DNA of 63,964 nucleotides, counting the filler, from Candidatus Rokuibacteriota bacterium (GTDB lineage: Bacteria > JAUVQV01 > DATDCY01), in NCBI GenBank assembly GCA_031406795.1. It is 8 parts of 8 records of this genome, joined end to end, with 100 filler letters (N's around TTAATTAATTAA, not from the genome) between each part and the next. Parts side by side here need not be neighbours in the genome. Positions count along the whole stretch, not along the records: positions 11,473 to 33,358 come from JANOHV010000234.1; 7 more parts are not named here. One strand, given 5' to 3'. The notes beneath the pieces were generated by a model, which saw only the letters and a program-made list of their open reading frames with translations, was not told where the DNA came from and did not search any database. Shown piece after piece: positions 19,995-29,822 of this stretch. How positions within the stretch are numbered: the first letter of the stretch is position 1; each line of letters starts with the position of its first letter. Position numbers and translations under genes: made by a program.

Positions 19995-21707
19995 TTACTC
20001 CTGCTCTCGGCGCGACAGTTCGAGGTTGGCCCGGAATTTCGCCTCCCCCGGATCGCAGACCACGGCCTTCTCGAAATAGAGCCGTGCCTGGAGCCTGCCG
20101 CCCTTGAGCAGGTGGGCGCGGCCGAGGTTGTTCAGGGCCGTGCAGTAGGCCGGGTCGATTTCGATCGCGCTCGCCAGCGCGGTGATCGCCTCAGCGTAGT
20201 CGCCGGTTTCGATCAGCAGGAAGCCGTAGTTCTGCAGCGCTTTCGCGTTTCGCGGGTTCAGGCCCAGCAGCGTCCGGTAATCGGCGAGCAGGGCCTCCGG
20301 CCGCTCGCCGAGACGATAGCGCGCGATGCCGAGGTTGTTGAGCGCGCGCTGGTGTCGCGGGTTGAGCCGCAGCAAATCCCGCAGCAGATCGGCCTGCTGC
20401 CGGATGCGGCCGAGCTCCCGCTCGTGCTCGCTCAGCTGGTAAAGAGCGGTCTCGGATCGCGGGTCCACCGCCAGCGCATGCCGCCACAGGCTGCCGCTGT
20501 CCCGCCAGTGTCCCGCCTGGCGGTGGGCGGCCAGGCCGAGCAGCGCGACGGCGGCCGCGATCGCGAGCGACGCCGGGATCCGGGTGTCCGGGCGGCGCCG
20601 CGCCAGCTCCGCGGCGCCCCAGACGACGGCCAGGAAGATGCCGATCAGCGGCACGTAGAGGTAGCGGTCGGCGCGCGCCTGGGCGCCGACCTGGAGGATG
20701 CCGATCACCGGGAGCAGCGTGATCAGAAACCAGAACCACCCGAAGGCGGCGTAGGGCGCCGCGCGGCGCAGCCGCAACGCCGCGACCGTGAGCGCCGCCA
20801 GCGCGAGCGCGGCGAGCCCCGCGCGACCCCAGGGCAGCCCGGCGGACGGATGCGGATAGAACACGCTCAGATCGCGGGGCAGAAACAGCTCCCCCAGGTA
20901 CGCGACGCAGCTGAGCAGCGCGTTGCCCAGACGCACCGGCAGCGGGAAGAACTGCAGCGAGGCGACCGCGCCGACCCGGGACTGCGCGGCGATCGTGACG
21001 AGGCCCGAGGCCAGCGCCAGCGCGAACAGCGGCGCCTTCTCGCGGACCAGGGGGCGGAGGGCCCCGGGGCCGATCCCGGCGCGGCCGCCGCGCCCGAGGG
21101 GCCACCAGTCGAGCAGCAGCAGCAGCAGAGGCAGTACGACGAGCATCGGCTTGGCGAGCAGACCGAGGGCGAACAGGACCGCCGCGAGCGCGAGCGATCG
21201 GTTCGCGGGCCGGGCGAGGCGCCAGAGGTAGGCCCGCACGCTCAACAGCCCCAGCAGCGCCGCCAGCAGCGTCTTGCGCTCCGCGATCCAGGCCACGGAC
21301 TCCACCTGCACGGGGTGCACCGCGAACAGCGCGGCGACCGCGGCGCAGCGCCAGAACGAGCCCGTGAGCGCTCGCAGCAGCTCGAAGAGCAGCAGCGTGC
21401 AGGCGGCGTGCAGGCTCAGGCTCACCAGGTGCTGGGCGCTCGCGTCGGTGCCGAAGAGGCTCACGTCCGCCATGTGCGAGAGCCAGGTCAGCGGGTGCCA
21501 GTTGGCGGCGTGGAAGGCCGTGAAAGCCCACTTCAAGCCGCTCCAGCTCAGCCCGGCGCGCACCGCCGGGTTGCGGGAGACGTACTCGGGGTCGTCGAGA
21601 TTGACGAAGTCGAACCCGCCGACGCCGCGGTACACGAACGCCAGCGCGCCGAGCAGCAGCGCGGCCAGCAGCAGCGCGCGAACCCGCCTCGGGTCGCGTT
21701 GCGGCAT
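19995..21707 (-). CDS. TMTC-like multi-pass membrane protein (GT-C-like fold) with C-terminal TPRs
   Basis: FVNLDD, NWHPLTWLSH, HPVQVESVAWIAERK, ADRYLY; TPR tail. Confidence 0.85.
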   Translation of the reverse strand: MPQRDPRRVRALLLAALLLGALAFVYRGVGGFDFVNLDDPEYVSRNPAVRAGLSWSGLKWAFTAFHAANWHPLTWLSHMADVSLFGTDASAQHLVSLSLHAACTLLLFELLRALTGSFWRCAAVAALFAVHPVQVESVAWIAERKTLLAALLGLLSVRAYLWRLARPANRSLALAAVLFALGLLAKPMLVVLPLLLLLLDWWPLGRGGRAGIGPGALRPLVREKAPLFALALASGLVTIAAQSRVGAVASLQFFPLPVRLGNALLSCVAYLGELFLPRDLSVFYPHPSAGLPWGRAGLAALALAALTVAALRLRRAAPYAAFGWFWFLITLLPVIGILQVGAQARADRYLYVPLIGIFLAVVWGAAELARRRPDTRIPASLAIAAAVALLGLAAHRQAGHWRDSGSLWRHALAVDPRSETALYQLSEHERELGRIRQQADLLRDLLRLNPRHQRALNNLGIARYRLGERPEALLADYRTLLGLNPRNAKALQNYGFLLIETGDYAEAITALASAIEIDPAYCTALNNLGRAHLLKGGRLQARLYFEKAVVCDPGEAKFRANLELSRREQE

Positions 21708-21710
21708 CGG

Positions 21711-23276
21711 CTACTTCTTCAGAAACCGGTCGAGCAGCCCCTTCTCGGCGGTCGGGGTCTCCATCTCGCGGATCTCCTTGAGCGCGCCCGGGTGCTTCGG
21801 GTCGAGCCGCAACGCCGTCTCGAACTGTTTCTTCGCCTTGTCGTAAAGGTGCCCCGTCCGGTAGACCTGGCCGAGATGCACGTAGTACTGGGCGTTGTTG
21901 TAATCCAGCGCGATCGCGGTCTTGCAGTGCTCCTCGGCCTCGTGCAGCCGTTTCCTGGTGCGCATCAGCGCGACCCCGAGCCAGGTGTGGTAGCGCGGGT
22001 TCTGGGGCGCGAGGTTCACCGCCCAGCGCAAGGCCTGGATACCCGACCAGACATCGCCCGCGTTGAGCAGCGCGAGCCCCTTGGCGAACTGATCCCGGGC
22101 CAGGTGGGAATCCCCGTCCGGCGTCTTCTCCCGCGCCACCGGCACCGTCAGCTGCAGCACATCGCGATCGTACTCGGCGCGCGCGCTGGCATTCTGCAGC
22201 GTCGTGTACGCCTCGCTGACGCGCATGAAGATCGCGTTCACCGCCTCCTGCAGGTCTTCGAACTCGGGGCGGAAGTACCGGTCGGGGTGGTACTCCTTCG
22301 CCAGCGCGATGTACGAGCGCTTGATGGTGTCGACGTCCGACTCCGGGGTCACCCCGAGCAGCTGGTAGAAGGAAAGGCTCGGGATCCGGCCCATCAGCGT
22401 CGAAATCTTCTCGCGCTGGGCCAGCGCTTCCGCATCGGGCGGCTGCGTGGTCGCCGCGGTCGCCGCCGGGGTCGTCCCCGGGGCCGGCGCCGCGGTCCCC
22501 ACCGCGGTCCCCGCCGGGGCCGGCGCCGCGGTCGGCGACAGCGGCTGCTCCGCGGCTCGCGGGCGGATTTCGACCAACCCCAGCAGTGCCAGCCCGTACA
22601 GCAGGACGTCCGTGCCGCGTTCGTCGAGGTCGATCATCCGCGCCATCTCCCGCGGGGACCGCCCCTGCTCGACGAGGGAATAGAGTCGCCGGGCGGCATC
22701 GGGGGCGTCGATCTGGTCAATGGCGAACTGCGGCTCGGCCGCCGGATACAGCTCGGATTGCCGCAAGTCCCACACGCCGCCCCAGCGCACATCGGCGGCG
22801 ATCTGCGCCAGCCCCTCGAAGATCAGGCCCGCCGGGTGCAGGCGCAGGCTCACGATTTCCTCCTGGGTCGCGAGCCCATCGAGGAACCGCCAGTTGCCCT
22901 CATCCCAGGCGCAGAGTGAAACGACGATCTCGCGCACCTGCGCGATCAGCCCGCGGAAGAGGTCCTTCGGCGCCAGCGCGCCGATCTGCACCAGGATGGT
23001 CCCCTGTTTGCGGCCGGTGGCGAGAACCTGGCTCGCGGACTCCTCGTACTGGTCGCGGGTGATCATCCCCCGGGCGAGCAGGATGTCGCCGAGCCGATCG
23101 GCCGTCAGGCTCGAGGTGGCGTACAGGATGAAGCCGTTCTTGAAAAAGACCTTCTTGATGCTGTCGTCGCGATAGGCCACCAGCTGGCCGGTCGCCTTGC
23201 GCACGAGCAGATCCCGCAGCTGCTCGGGCATCGTCAGAAAACCGATCGCCCCGGCGGTCTCGGGGGTTGCGGTCAT
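21711..23276 (-). CDS. DUF4388/PATAN-like + DnaJ J-domain + TPR protein
   Basis: KKVFFKNG..ATSS...DRLG N-domain; FYQLLGV...YHPDRY J-domain; TPRs. Confidence 0.85.
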   Translation of the reverse strand: MTATPETAGAIGFLTMPEQLRDLLVRKATGQLVAYRDDSIKKVFFKNGFILYATSSLTADRLGDILLARGMITRDQYEESASQVLATGRKQGTILVQIGALAPKDLFRGLIAQVREIVVSLCAWDEGNWRFLDGLATQEEIVSLRLHPAGLIFEGLAQIAADVRWGGVWDLRQSELYPAAEPQFAIDQIDAPDAARRLYSLVEQGRSPREMARMIDLDERGTDVLLYGLALLGLVEIRPRAAEQPLSPTAAPAPAGTAVGTAAPAPGTTPAATAATTQPPDAEALAQREKISTLMGRIPSLSFYQLLGVTPESDVDTIKRSYIALAKEYHPDRYFRPEFEDLQEAVNAIFMRVSEAYTTLQNASARAEYDRDVLQLTVPVAREKTPDGDSHLARDQFAKGLALLNAGDVWSGIQALRWAVNLAPQNPRYHTWLGVALMRTRKRLHEAEEHCKTAIALDYNNAQYYVHLGQVYRTGHLYDKAKKQFETALRLDPKHPGALKEIREMETPTAEKGLLDRFLKK

Positions 23277-24292
23277 ACCGGCAGCGTGACGATATACTCG
23301 GTGCGGTCCGCGGACGGCGCGATCCGCAGCTCGCCGCCGTGCAGCAGGAAGATGCCGCGGATGACGGCGAGTTCCTCGATGGCCAGGCGGTTGATGCGCG
23401 GGTGGCTGTCGTCGAGCGGGAAGAGTGCCTGCGGGGGCCAGGGAACGTCCATCGTGTGCGCGCCACGCCGCACGGCGATCACGGTGGTCACCACGCCCTC
23501 GTCCGGGCGCGCCGTGAGCGTGACATCGGTGAGGGCGGGGGCCGCCCGCAGCGCGTGGGTCAGCACGCCGTACAGCCCCAGGTAGAGCCAGTGGTAGTCG
23601 CCCGAGGTGAACGGCAGGCGCGGCGGAAGTGTCCAGAGCAGGCAGGCGCTGCGCTCGCTGGCCAGCCCCTGGATCTTGGCGGCGAGATCCTCCAGCAGCG
23701 TCCGCAGGTCCACCGGCGAGCGCGCCACGCGATTGGGCATCGCGACCTGCTCGGCGGTCTCGAGCAGCTGCACGAAGAGCGTGTTCAGGTCCCTGACGTC
23801 CTGGCGCAGCGTCGAGATGAAGGCCTCGCGCGTCGGTTCGCGCTGGCGCAGTTCGGGCTCGGTGATGAATTCGCTGGCGATCCCGACGGAGTTGAGGCGC
23901 GAGGCCACTTCGTGGGCCAGGTAGTTGTTGAGGCTGACGCGCATCCGCCCGAACTCGCGCTCCAGGCTGTAGGGGCGCATGATGATCGCCCTGCGCAGCA
24001 CGGGGTCGTGCTCGGGGCCGAGGCGGCGCGAGACGATCAGCAGCAGGCTGTGCGGGCCCGGGGCGAGACAGTAAAAGGTGGCGGGGAAGGCGCCCCAGAA
24101 CTCGGACGAGCGAATCCCCGGTCGCAGGATCGAGGCGTCGTTCCCGATGAGTTCGTCCGGCTCCAGACCGAGATAAACACCGACGTTGCCGTTCGCCGCG
24201 ACGATCGTATTGCCGGCGTCCAGCCCGATCAGGCCGATACCGGAGGACTCGAACAAATCGAAGATGATGCGGGTGCCCGGCGTCTGCTCCAT
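23273..24292 (-). CDS. PAS-containing histidine-kinase-like protein with a degenerate ATPase domain
   Basis: PAS-like N-terminus, LAHEVASRLN H-box, LHGGEL end; no DxGxG or GxGL. Confidence 0.65.
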   Translation of the reverse strand: MEQTPGTRIIFDLFESSGIGLIGLDAGNTIVAANGNVGVYLGLEPDELIGNDASILRPGIRSSEFWGAFPATFYCLAPGPHSLLLIVSRRLGPEHDPVLRRAIIMRPYSLEREFGRMRVSLNNYLAHEVASRLNSVGIASEFITEPELRQREPTREAFISTLRQDVRDLNTLFVQLLETAEQVAMPNRVARSPVDLRTLLEDLAAKIQGLASERSACLLWTLPPRLPFTSGDYHWLYLGLYGVLTHALRAAPALTDVTLTARPDEGVVTTVIAVRRGAHTMDVPWPPQALFPLDDSHPRINRLAIEELAVIRGIFLLHGGELRIAPSADRTEYIVTLPV

Positions 24293-24352
24293 CTGCTGTT
24301 CAAACCCCCTGGTTGAGATTTGAAAAACGGTACCAGAGTGCCGCCGCGAGTG

Positions 24353-24943
24353 TCAACGCGCGGGCGGGGTCAGCTCGCGACGGATCTCCTCGGCGTGCGG
24401 CCCGTCCGGCGCCAGCTGCAGATAGCGCTCCCAGGCGCGCCGCGCCGCCTGCGGATTCCCCGGCGGCCGCGACTCCAGGATGCCGAGGTTGCGCTGGGTC
24501 AGCGCGTACGAGGGATCGATGAGCACGGCCTGCTCGTAGGCCCGCCGGGCGCCCGCGTAGTCGCCGAGGCGCTCCAGCGCGGTGCCGAAGTTGTTGCAGG
24601 CGCGCACGTCGCGCGGGTCCAGCTGGAGGGCCCGACGGAATTCCTCGAGCGCCCGGGCGTAATTCCCCTGGGCGAAGTGGACCCCGCCGACGTAGTTCCA
24701 GCTGCGGGCGCGCGTCTGATCGCGCGCCAGCGCCGTGTCGAACTGGCGCAGCGCCTGATCGAGGTCTCCGGCCTTGAAGGCGGCATCGCCGAGCATCCAG
24801 AGGCTCTCGATCGAACCGGTCGCGGGGAGCGGCTCCTCGCCGCGCGCCGGCGGGGTCGCCGGACACAACGCGCACAGCAGCAACGCGACGGCCGCCAGCC
24901 GCGACCGCCGCCGGTATTTTTTCGGCACCCCTCTTGTTCTCAT
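24353..24943 (-). CDS. Exported TPR protein
   Basis: Signal-peptide-like N-terminus followed by several TPR repeats; start uncertain. Confidence 0.8.
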   Translation of the reverse strand: MRTRGVPKKYRRRSRLAAVALLLCALCPATPPARGEEPLPATGSIESLWMLGDAAFKAGDLDQALRQFDTALARDQTRARSWNYVGGVHFAQGNYARALEEFRRALQLDPRDVRACNNFGTALERLGDYAGARRAYEQAVLIDPSYALTQRNLGILESRPPGNPQAARRAWERYLQLAPDGPHAEEIRRELTPPAR

Positions 24944-24977
24944 GGCGCAAAGAGTATACCCGACGTAGAATGCGGCA

Positions 24978-26249
24978 ATGCGCTTCGTCGACGCGGAAAC
25001 GTTCCTGCAGCACCAGCAGCGTTTCGGGTGGAAGTTCGGGCTCGGGCCGATGCGGCGCGCGCTCGCCCGTCTGGGCCAGCCGCAGCGCTCGTTCCCGTCG
25101 GTGATCGTCGCCGGCTCCAAAGGCAAGGGCTCCACTGCGGCTTTCCTCGAGGCGCTGCTGCTGGCGGCGGGCCACCCGGCCGGCCTCTACACCTCGCCGC
25201 ACCTGGTCAGCATCCGCGAGCGTATCCGCCTCGGCGGCGCCCCGATCGGCGAGCGGGCCTTCGGCCGGCTGATCGGCGAGCTGCGCGGACGCCTCGGCGC
25301 GCGGGCCCGGCTGACGCACTTCGAGTGGCTGACGCTGGCGGCGCTCGAATATTTTTCGCAGCACGGGGCGCGGCCCGCGGTGCTCGAAATCGGGCTGGGC
25401 GGGCGCCTCGACGCGGTGAACGCGGTCGACGGGGCGCTCAGCGTGATCACCGGGATCGAGCGCGAGCACGTCGAGCTGCTCGGCACGCGCCTCGGCGCGA
25501 TCGCGCTCGAGAAGGCCGGAGTCATGCGCCCCGGGGTCCCGTGCCTGATCGGGGCGGTGCGCCCCGCGGCCGCGCGGGCGCTGCAGGCGCAGGCGCGCCG
25601 GATCGCCGCGCCCGCGGTCTGGCTCGAGCGCGAGGCCGCGTGGACGATCACCGGACATGACACCCGCGGGGTGCGGCTGGACCTCGTCACCTCCCGCGCC
25701 CGCTACCCGGGGCTGCGCCTGGGCCTGCTCGGGCGCCACCAGGCGCACAATGCGGCCCTCGCCGTTCTCGCCGCGGAGCGCCTCGGCGAACTGGGTTTCC
25801 CCGTCCCGCGCGCCGCGGTGCGCGCCGGGCTCGCGGGCGCCCGCTGGCCGGGACGCTGCGATTACCGCCCCGGCCGTCCGGCGTTTCTGCTCGACGGGTC
25901 GCACACCGACGGGTCGGCGCGCGCGCTGGCCGAACTGCTGACCGAACTCTTCCCGGAGCGGCGCATCGCGCTGGTCTTCGGCGCGCTGCGCGACAAGCGC
26001 GTCGGCGCGATGGCCGCCGCGCTTTTCCCGCTCGCCGGCACCGTGCACCTCGTGCGCCCCCCCGAGGAGCGGGGACTGGAGCCCGCCGAACTGCTGCGGC
26101 GGGTTCCCGCCGGCCTGCGCGCGCGCTGCTCCGCGGCGGGGGACCTGGCCGCCACAGTGGCCGCGGCGCGGCGCTCCGCCGGGTCGCGCGGGCTGGTGGT
26201 CGTCGCCGGATCGCTGTTCCTGGTGGGCGAGGTGCTAACCCTTCAATGA
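24978..26249 (+). CDS. folC: Folylpolyglutamate synthase/dihydrofolate synthase
   Basis: VAGSKGKGST, YTSPHL...RERI, EIGLGGRLDAVN, WPGR, GSLFLVGE. Confidence 0.94.
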   Translation: MRFVDAETFLQHQQRFGWKFGLGPMRRALARLGQPQRSFPSVIVAGSKGKGSTAAFLEALLLAAGHPAGLYTSPHLVSIRERIRLGGAPIGERAFGRLIGELRGRLGARARLTHFEWLTLAALEYFSQHGARPAVLEIGLGGRLDAVNAVDGALSVITGIEREHVELLGTRLGAIALEKAGVMRPGVPCLIGAVRPAAARALQAQARRIAAPAVWLEREAAWTITGHDTRGVRLDLVTSRARYPGLRLGLLGRHQAHNAALAVLAAERLGELGFPVPRAAVRAGLAGARWPGRCDYRPGRPAFLLDGSHTDGSARALAELLTELFPERRIALVFGALRDKRVGAMAAALFPLAGTVHLVRPPEERGLEPAELLRRVPAGLRARCSAAGDLAATVAAARRSAGSRGLVVVAGSLFLVGEVLTLQ

Positions 26250-26392
26250 ACGGTGGCCCGATCAGTACCGTTCGCCCTGAGCCCGTCGAAGGGCGCTTGT
26301 ATGAAGACTCTGTCCCGTTCGTGGTTCGACCGTTCGTCAAGCTCACGGCTCACCACGAACGGGAAAAGTTACCGCACTTCACTGAAGGGTTA
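26236..26392. mobile_element. MITE family A, copy 2 (overlaps the folC 3' end)
   Basis: TIRs TAACCCTTCA/TGAAGGGTTA; flanking direct repeat GGCGAGGTGC. Confidence 0.85.
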
Positions 26393-26448
26393 CGGCGAGG
26401 TGCTCGGGATGTGAGGAAAATTCTCCGGTTTTGTGGTAAAGGATTGCG

Positions 26449-28674
26449 ATGATCGGCCGCGCCGCACTCCTGACCCTGTCCCTCCCTCTGGCTTTCGCGC
26501 TTCTGGCGGACCCGGCTGCCGGGGCCGATTCCGGGGCAGCCGCCGGCGCGCCGCTGGCCGCTGCCACTGCGGCAGCGGCGCCGATCCCCGGCGCGCCGCC
26601 GGTCGCCCTCGACGGCGACGAGGTCCTCGTCTCGGCGGAGCACCTCGAGCGCAGCAACGAGGACCGCACCGTGATCGGCGAAGGGGCGGTCACGATCCGC
26701 CACCGCGAAATGCGGCTGGTCGCCGATCGCGTCGTCTACAACGAGCTGACCAAGATGGTCGTCGCGGACGGCAACGTGGTGCTCGACAGCGGCGCGGACC
26801 GGCTGCAGGGCGAGCACCTCGAGTTGAACCTGGAGACGCGCATCGGCTTTCTCGAGCACGCGCAGGGCTTCCTCCAGACCTATTATTTCAAGGGCGAGCG
26901 CATCGAGAAGCGCGGTCCCGACCACTACTTTCTGCGTGGCGGCTCCTTCACCACCTGCGAGGGCGTGCTGCCCGACTGGAGCTTTCACGCCACCTCGACC
27001 GAGGTCACCATCGACGAATACCTGCATGCCTGGAACCCGACGCTGCGGATCAAGCGGGTGCCGGTGCTCTACTTCCCCTATGCGGTCTTCCCCGTCAAGC
27101 GCGAGCGCTCCACCGGCCTGCTGATCCCGGCGATCAGCCTCCGGAGCGCCGACGGCATTACGGTCCGCAACGCCTTTTACTGGGCGCCGCGCGACAACTT
27201 CGACGCCACGCTCGGAATCGACTACCTGCAGAAGACCGGCTGGGGCGCCAGCGGCGAGATGCGCTACCTGCTGGCCCCCCGCACGCAGGGGGTCGTCGAC
27301 GCCTACTACCTGCGCAACACGAGAACCGACGCCGAGCGCTGGTCGCTCGCGACCCGCAACTCCCACGAGCTGCCGCTGGGCATCCACGCCGAGATCGACG
27401 CCTTCTTCCAGAGCGACCGCGAGTTCATCGCGACGCAGGCCACGACGATCGAGGAGCGCTCGAGCGAGCGGACCTCCTCCTCGTTCTTCCTCAACCGCAG
27501 CTGGTCGGCCTGGAACTTCGCGCTCTCGGGCCGCAACGAGATCAGCCTGATCACCGAACAGCGCACGACGCTCACGCGCTTTCCCGAGCTGCAGATCGAC
27601 CGCACCAGTACCGAGGTCTTCGGCACCGATCTGTTCCTGAAGGTCGCGGCCAGCGGCGTGAGCCTCAAGCGCGACGACAGCACCACCGAGGTCGAGACGA
27701 CGCGCGTGAACGTCGCCCCGGAGATGACCTGGCCGCTCTCGATCGGCAGCATCGCGCGCATCATCCCCCTGGCCGGCTATTCGTGGACCAGCTACAGCAA
27801 GAACACGCTGGGCGCCGAAGAGACGCGGTCGATCCCCTTTTTCAAGCTCGGGCTCGAGGGGCCGCGCACGTACCGCATCTGGGATCTCTCCGAGGGGGGG
27901 CGTTTCACGCGCCTCAAGCACCTGCTCGAGCCGCGCATCTCCTACGTCTACACACCGGAGGTCAATCAGGACACCATTCCCCTGTTCGATTCCCTCGACC
28001 GGATCCCGCGGGCGAACCGCCTCGAATACAGCCTGATCAACACGCTCTACGCCAAGGTGCGGGCGACCCCGGCCACTGCGACCACCACCACTGCGACCGC
28101 CATCGATGCCGCGGGCGTCCCGCCCGCCCTCCCTCCCGGGACGCCGCCCGGCGGCGATCCTCTCGGCACGGCCCCGGCCGCGCCGCTGACCTCGACGCAG
28201 GAGCTGCTCTGGGTCAAACTTTCGCAGAACTACACCTTCGACAGCGGCAAGCTGACCGAAACCGAACCCTCCTTCACCCCGATCGAGTGGGAGGCGCGCA
28301 CGCGGCCGCTCAAGGGGCTCGAGGTTCTCTGGCGCGGCAACTTCGACGTTTACGGCAAGGGGCTCGGCTATCACAATCTCTCGCTCTCCTGGCAGGTCAC
28401 CGAACGCTCCTCGCTGCAGGGCGACTGGCGCTCCACCCGCGACTCCGACCAGGACTTCCTCGATCTCGGCGGCAATGTTTCGCTCGGGCGCTTCGACGTC
28501 CAGGCGCGCAGCCGCTACAACCTCGCCGAGAAGACCTTCGTCGAGAACCGGGTCAACCTCAAGTACGTCTCGCAGTGCTGGGACATCACGCTCGGCTACG
28601 TGAAATGGACGGACAGGTATGAGTACACGCTGCTCTTCTCCCTGAAGGGCATCGGCACGATCGTGAGGATCTGA
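26449..28674 (+). CDS. lptD: LPS-assembly outer membrane protein LptD
   Basis: Signal peptide, OstA-like N-domain, FTTC...PDW, ERSTGLLIP, LKHLLEP, SQCW, SLKGIG terminal strand. Confidence 0.88.
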   Translation: MIGRAALLTLSLPLAFALLADPAAGADSGAAAGAPLAAATAAAAPIPGAPPVALDGDEVLVSAEHLERSNEDRTVIGEGAVTIRHREMRLVADRVVYNELTKMVVADGNVVLDSGADRLQGEHLELNLETRIGFLEHAQGFLQTYYFKGERIEKRGPDHYFLRGGSFTTCEGVLPDWSFHATSTEVTIDEYLHAWNPTLRIKRVPVLYFPYAVFPVKRERSTGLLIPAISLRSADGITVRNAFYWAPRDNFDATLGIDYLQKTGWGASGEMRYLLAPRTQGVVDAYYLRNTRTDAERWSLATRNSHELPLGIHAEIDAFFQSDREFIATQATTIEERSSERTSSSFFLNRSWSAWNFALSGRNEISLITEQRTTLTRFPELQIDRTSTEVFGTDLFLKVAASGVSLKRDDSTTEVETTRVNVAPEMTWPLSIGSIARIIPLAGYSWTSYSKNTLGAEETRSIPFFKLGLEGPRTYRIWDLSEGGRFTRLKHLLEPRISYVYTPEVNQDTIPLFDSLDRIPRANRLEYSLINTLYAKVRATPATATTTTATAIDAAGVPPALPPGTPPGGDPLGTAPAAPLTSTQELLWVKLSQNYTFDSGKLTETEPSFTPIEWEARTRPLKGLEVLWRGNFDVYGKGLGYHNLSLSWQVTERSSLQGDWRSTRDSDQDFLDLGGNVSLGRFDVQARSRYNLAEKTFVENRVNLKYVSQCWDITLGYVKWTDRYEYTLLFSLKGIGTIVRI

Positions 28675-28682
28675 GCCCGGCC

Positions 28683-29801
28683 ATGAAGCGGGTGCTGCTC
28701 CCGGTATGCCTGGTCGTCACCCTGGTCGCCATTCTGGAGATCCTCGCCAGCTGCTACTATTTTCTCGTCGTCCCGCCTTTGAGCCGCGACATGCTCGAAC
28801 CGCTGATCGGAATCGCCAGCGCGGAGCGCCTTGACCTGCTGCGCTATCAGCCGCACCCGTATTTCAACTACGTCTTCAACCGGGACTACCGGTATCCGGA
28901 TGGATTCAAGCCCTACAACTCCCGCGGCTTCCGCGCTCCCGAGTGGACGAAGAAACAGCCGGGGACCGTCAGGATCGTCGCCGTCGGCGGCAGCACGACC
29001 TACGGCATCTTCTCGCGGGACGGGAAGCACACCTGGCCGGTCTTACTCGCGAGCCGCCTGAACGCCCGCGGCGCCCCCGCGGTGGAGATCGTCAATCTCG
29101 GCGTGACCGGGTACACGCTCCCCGAGATCATGGGCGTCGTCGCGCTGACGGTGCCCGAGCTGGAACCGGACGTCGTGCTGATCAACGCCGGCGTCAACGA
29201 CGCGTTCGCCGCGTGCTATCCGGACGAAGGGGGAGCGGACGGCACGCTCTTCCGCTTCCCGTGGAGCCCCCGGCAGCTCCCCGACATCGCCAAGCGCGGG
29301 ATGCGCAGGAGCTACACGCTGAGAGTCCTGGGGTATCTGACGATGTCTCTGAACGACTATCTCCCCGGCGACCTGATGACCGCCATGCAGTACACCCGCC
29401 CGGACGACGAGGAAGCCCGGCGCAACGCGGCGCAGGCCTCCGGGAAATACTTCCGGAGAAACCTCGCGACCGTCGTGTCGCAGGCCGGGGCCACCGGCGC
29501 CGCCGTGGTGCTGTTCACGCAGCCGCTCAACCAGGCCTGGGAGACGGTGGAGTCGCCCTTTTATCAGGGGGTCATCAGCGCGCACCGGCGAATCAACGAG
29601 ATCATCCGGGAACTCGGGAAGGCGGCCGGCGTCGCCGTGGTCGACCTCGGCGCGCAGGTGCGGGCACCGACGCTCTTCGTGGACGCCATCCACGCGAGCC
29701 TCCGCGGGGAGGAGCTGCAAGCGCAGCTGATCGAGCCGACGGTCGCCGCGATCGTCGACGGCCTGCGAAGCCGCCCTGGACCCGGCGCGGCCCGGCCGTA
29801 G
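28683..29801 (+). CDS. Membrane-anchored SGNH/GDSL hydrolase
   Basis: NSRGFR, AVGGSTTYG, NLGVTGY, NAGVND, FVDAIH. Confidence 0.87.
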   Translation: MKRVLLPVCLVVTLVAILEILASCYYFLVVPPLSRDMLEPLIGIASAERLDLLRYQPHPYFNYVFNRDYRYPDGFKPYNSRGFRAPEWTKKQPGTVRIVAVGGSTTYGIFSRDGKHTWPVLLASRLNARGAPAVEIVNLGVTGYTLPEIMGVVALTVPELEPDVVLINAGVNDAFAACYPDEGGADGTLFRFPWSPRQLPDIAKRGMRRSYTLRVLGYLTMSLNDYLPGDLMTAMQYTRPDDEEARRNAAQASGKYFRRNLATVVSQAGATGAAVVLFTQPLNQAWETVESPFYQGVISAHRRINEIIRELGKAAGVAVVDLGAQVRAPTLFVDAIHASLRGEELQAQLIEPTVAAIVDGLRSRPGPGAARP

Positions 29802-29822
29802 CCCGCCGCGAAGGCGCGACCC

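Noticed and set aside
22445..22535. Imperfect GC-rich repeats in the DnaJ-domain gene
   Set aside because: Ordinary Ala/Pro/Thr linker coding
20112..22919. 935-aa plus-strand ORF, and similar long ORFs at 38473-41430, 26350-28374 and 61995-63812
   Set aside because: Antisense shadows of well-supported genes in high-GC DNA; no recognisable motifs
26246..26452. Small ORFs such as MNGGPISTVRPEPVEG..., also 13115-13318 and 63529-63960
   Set aside because: Translations of MITE family A
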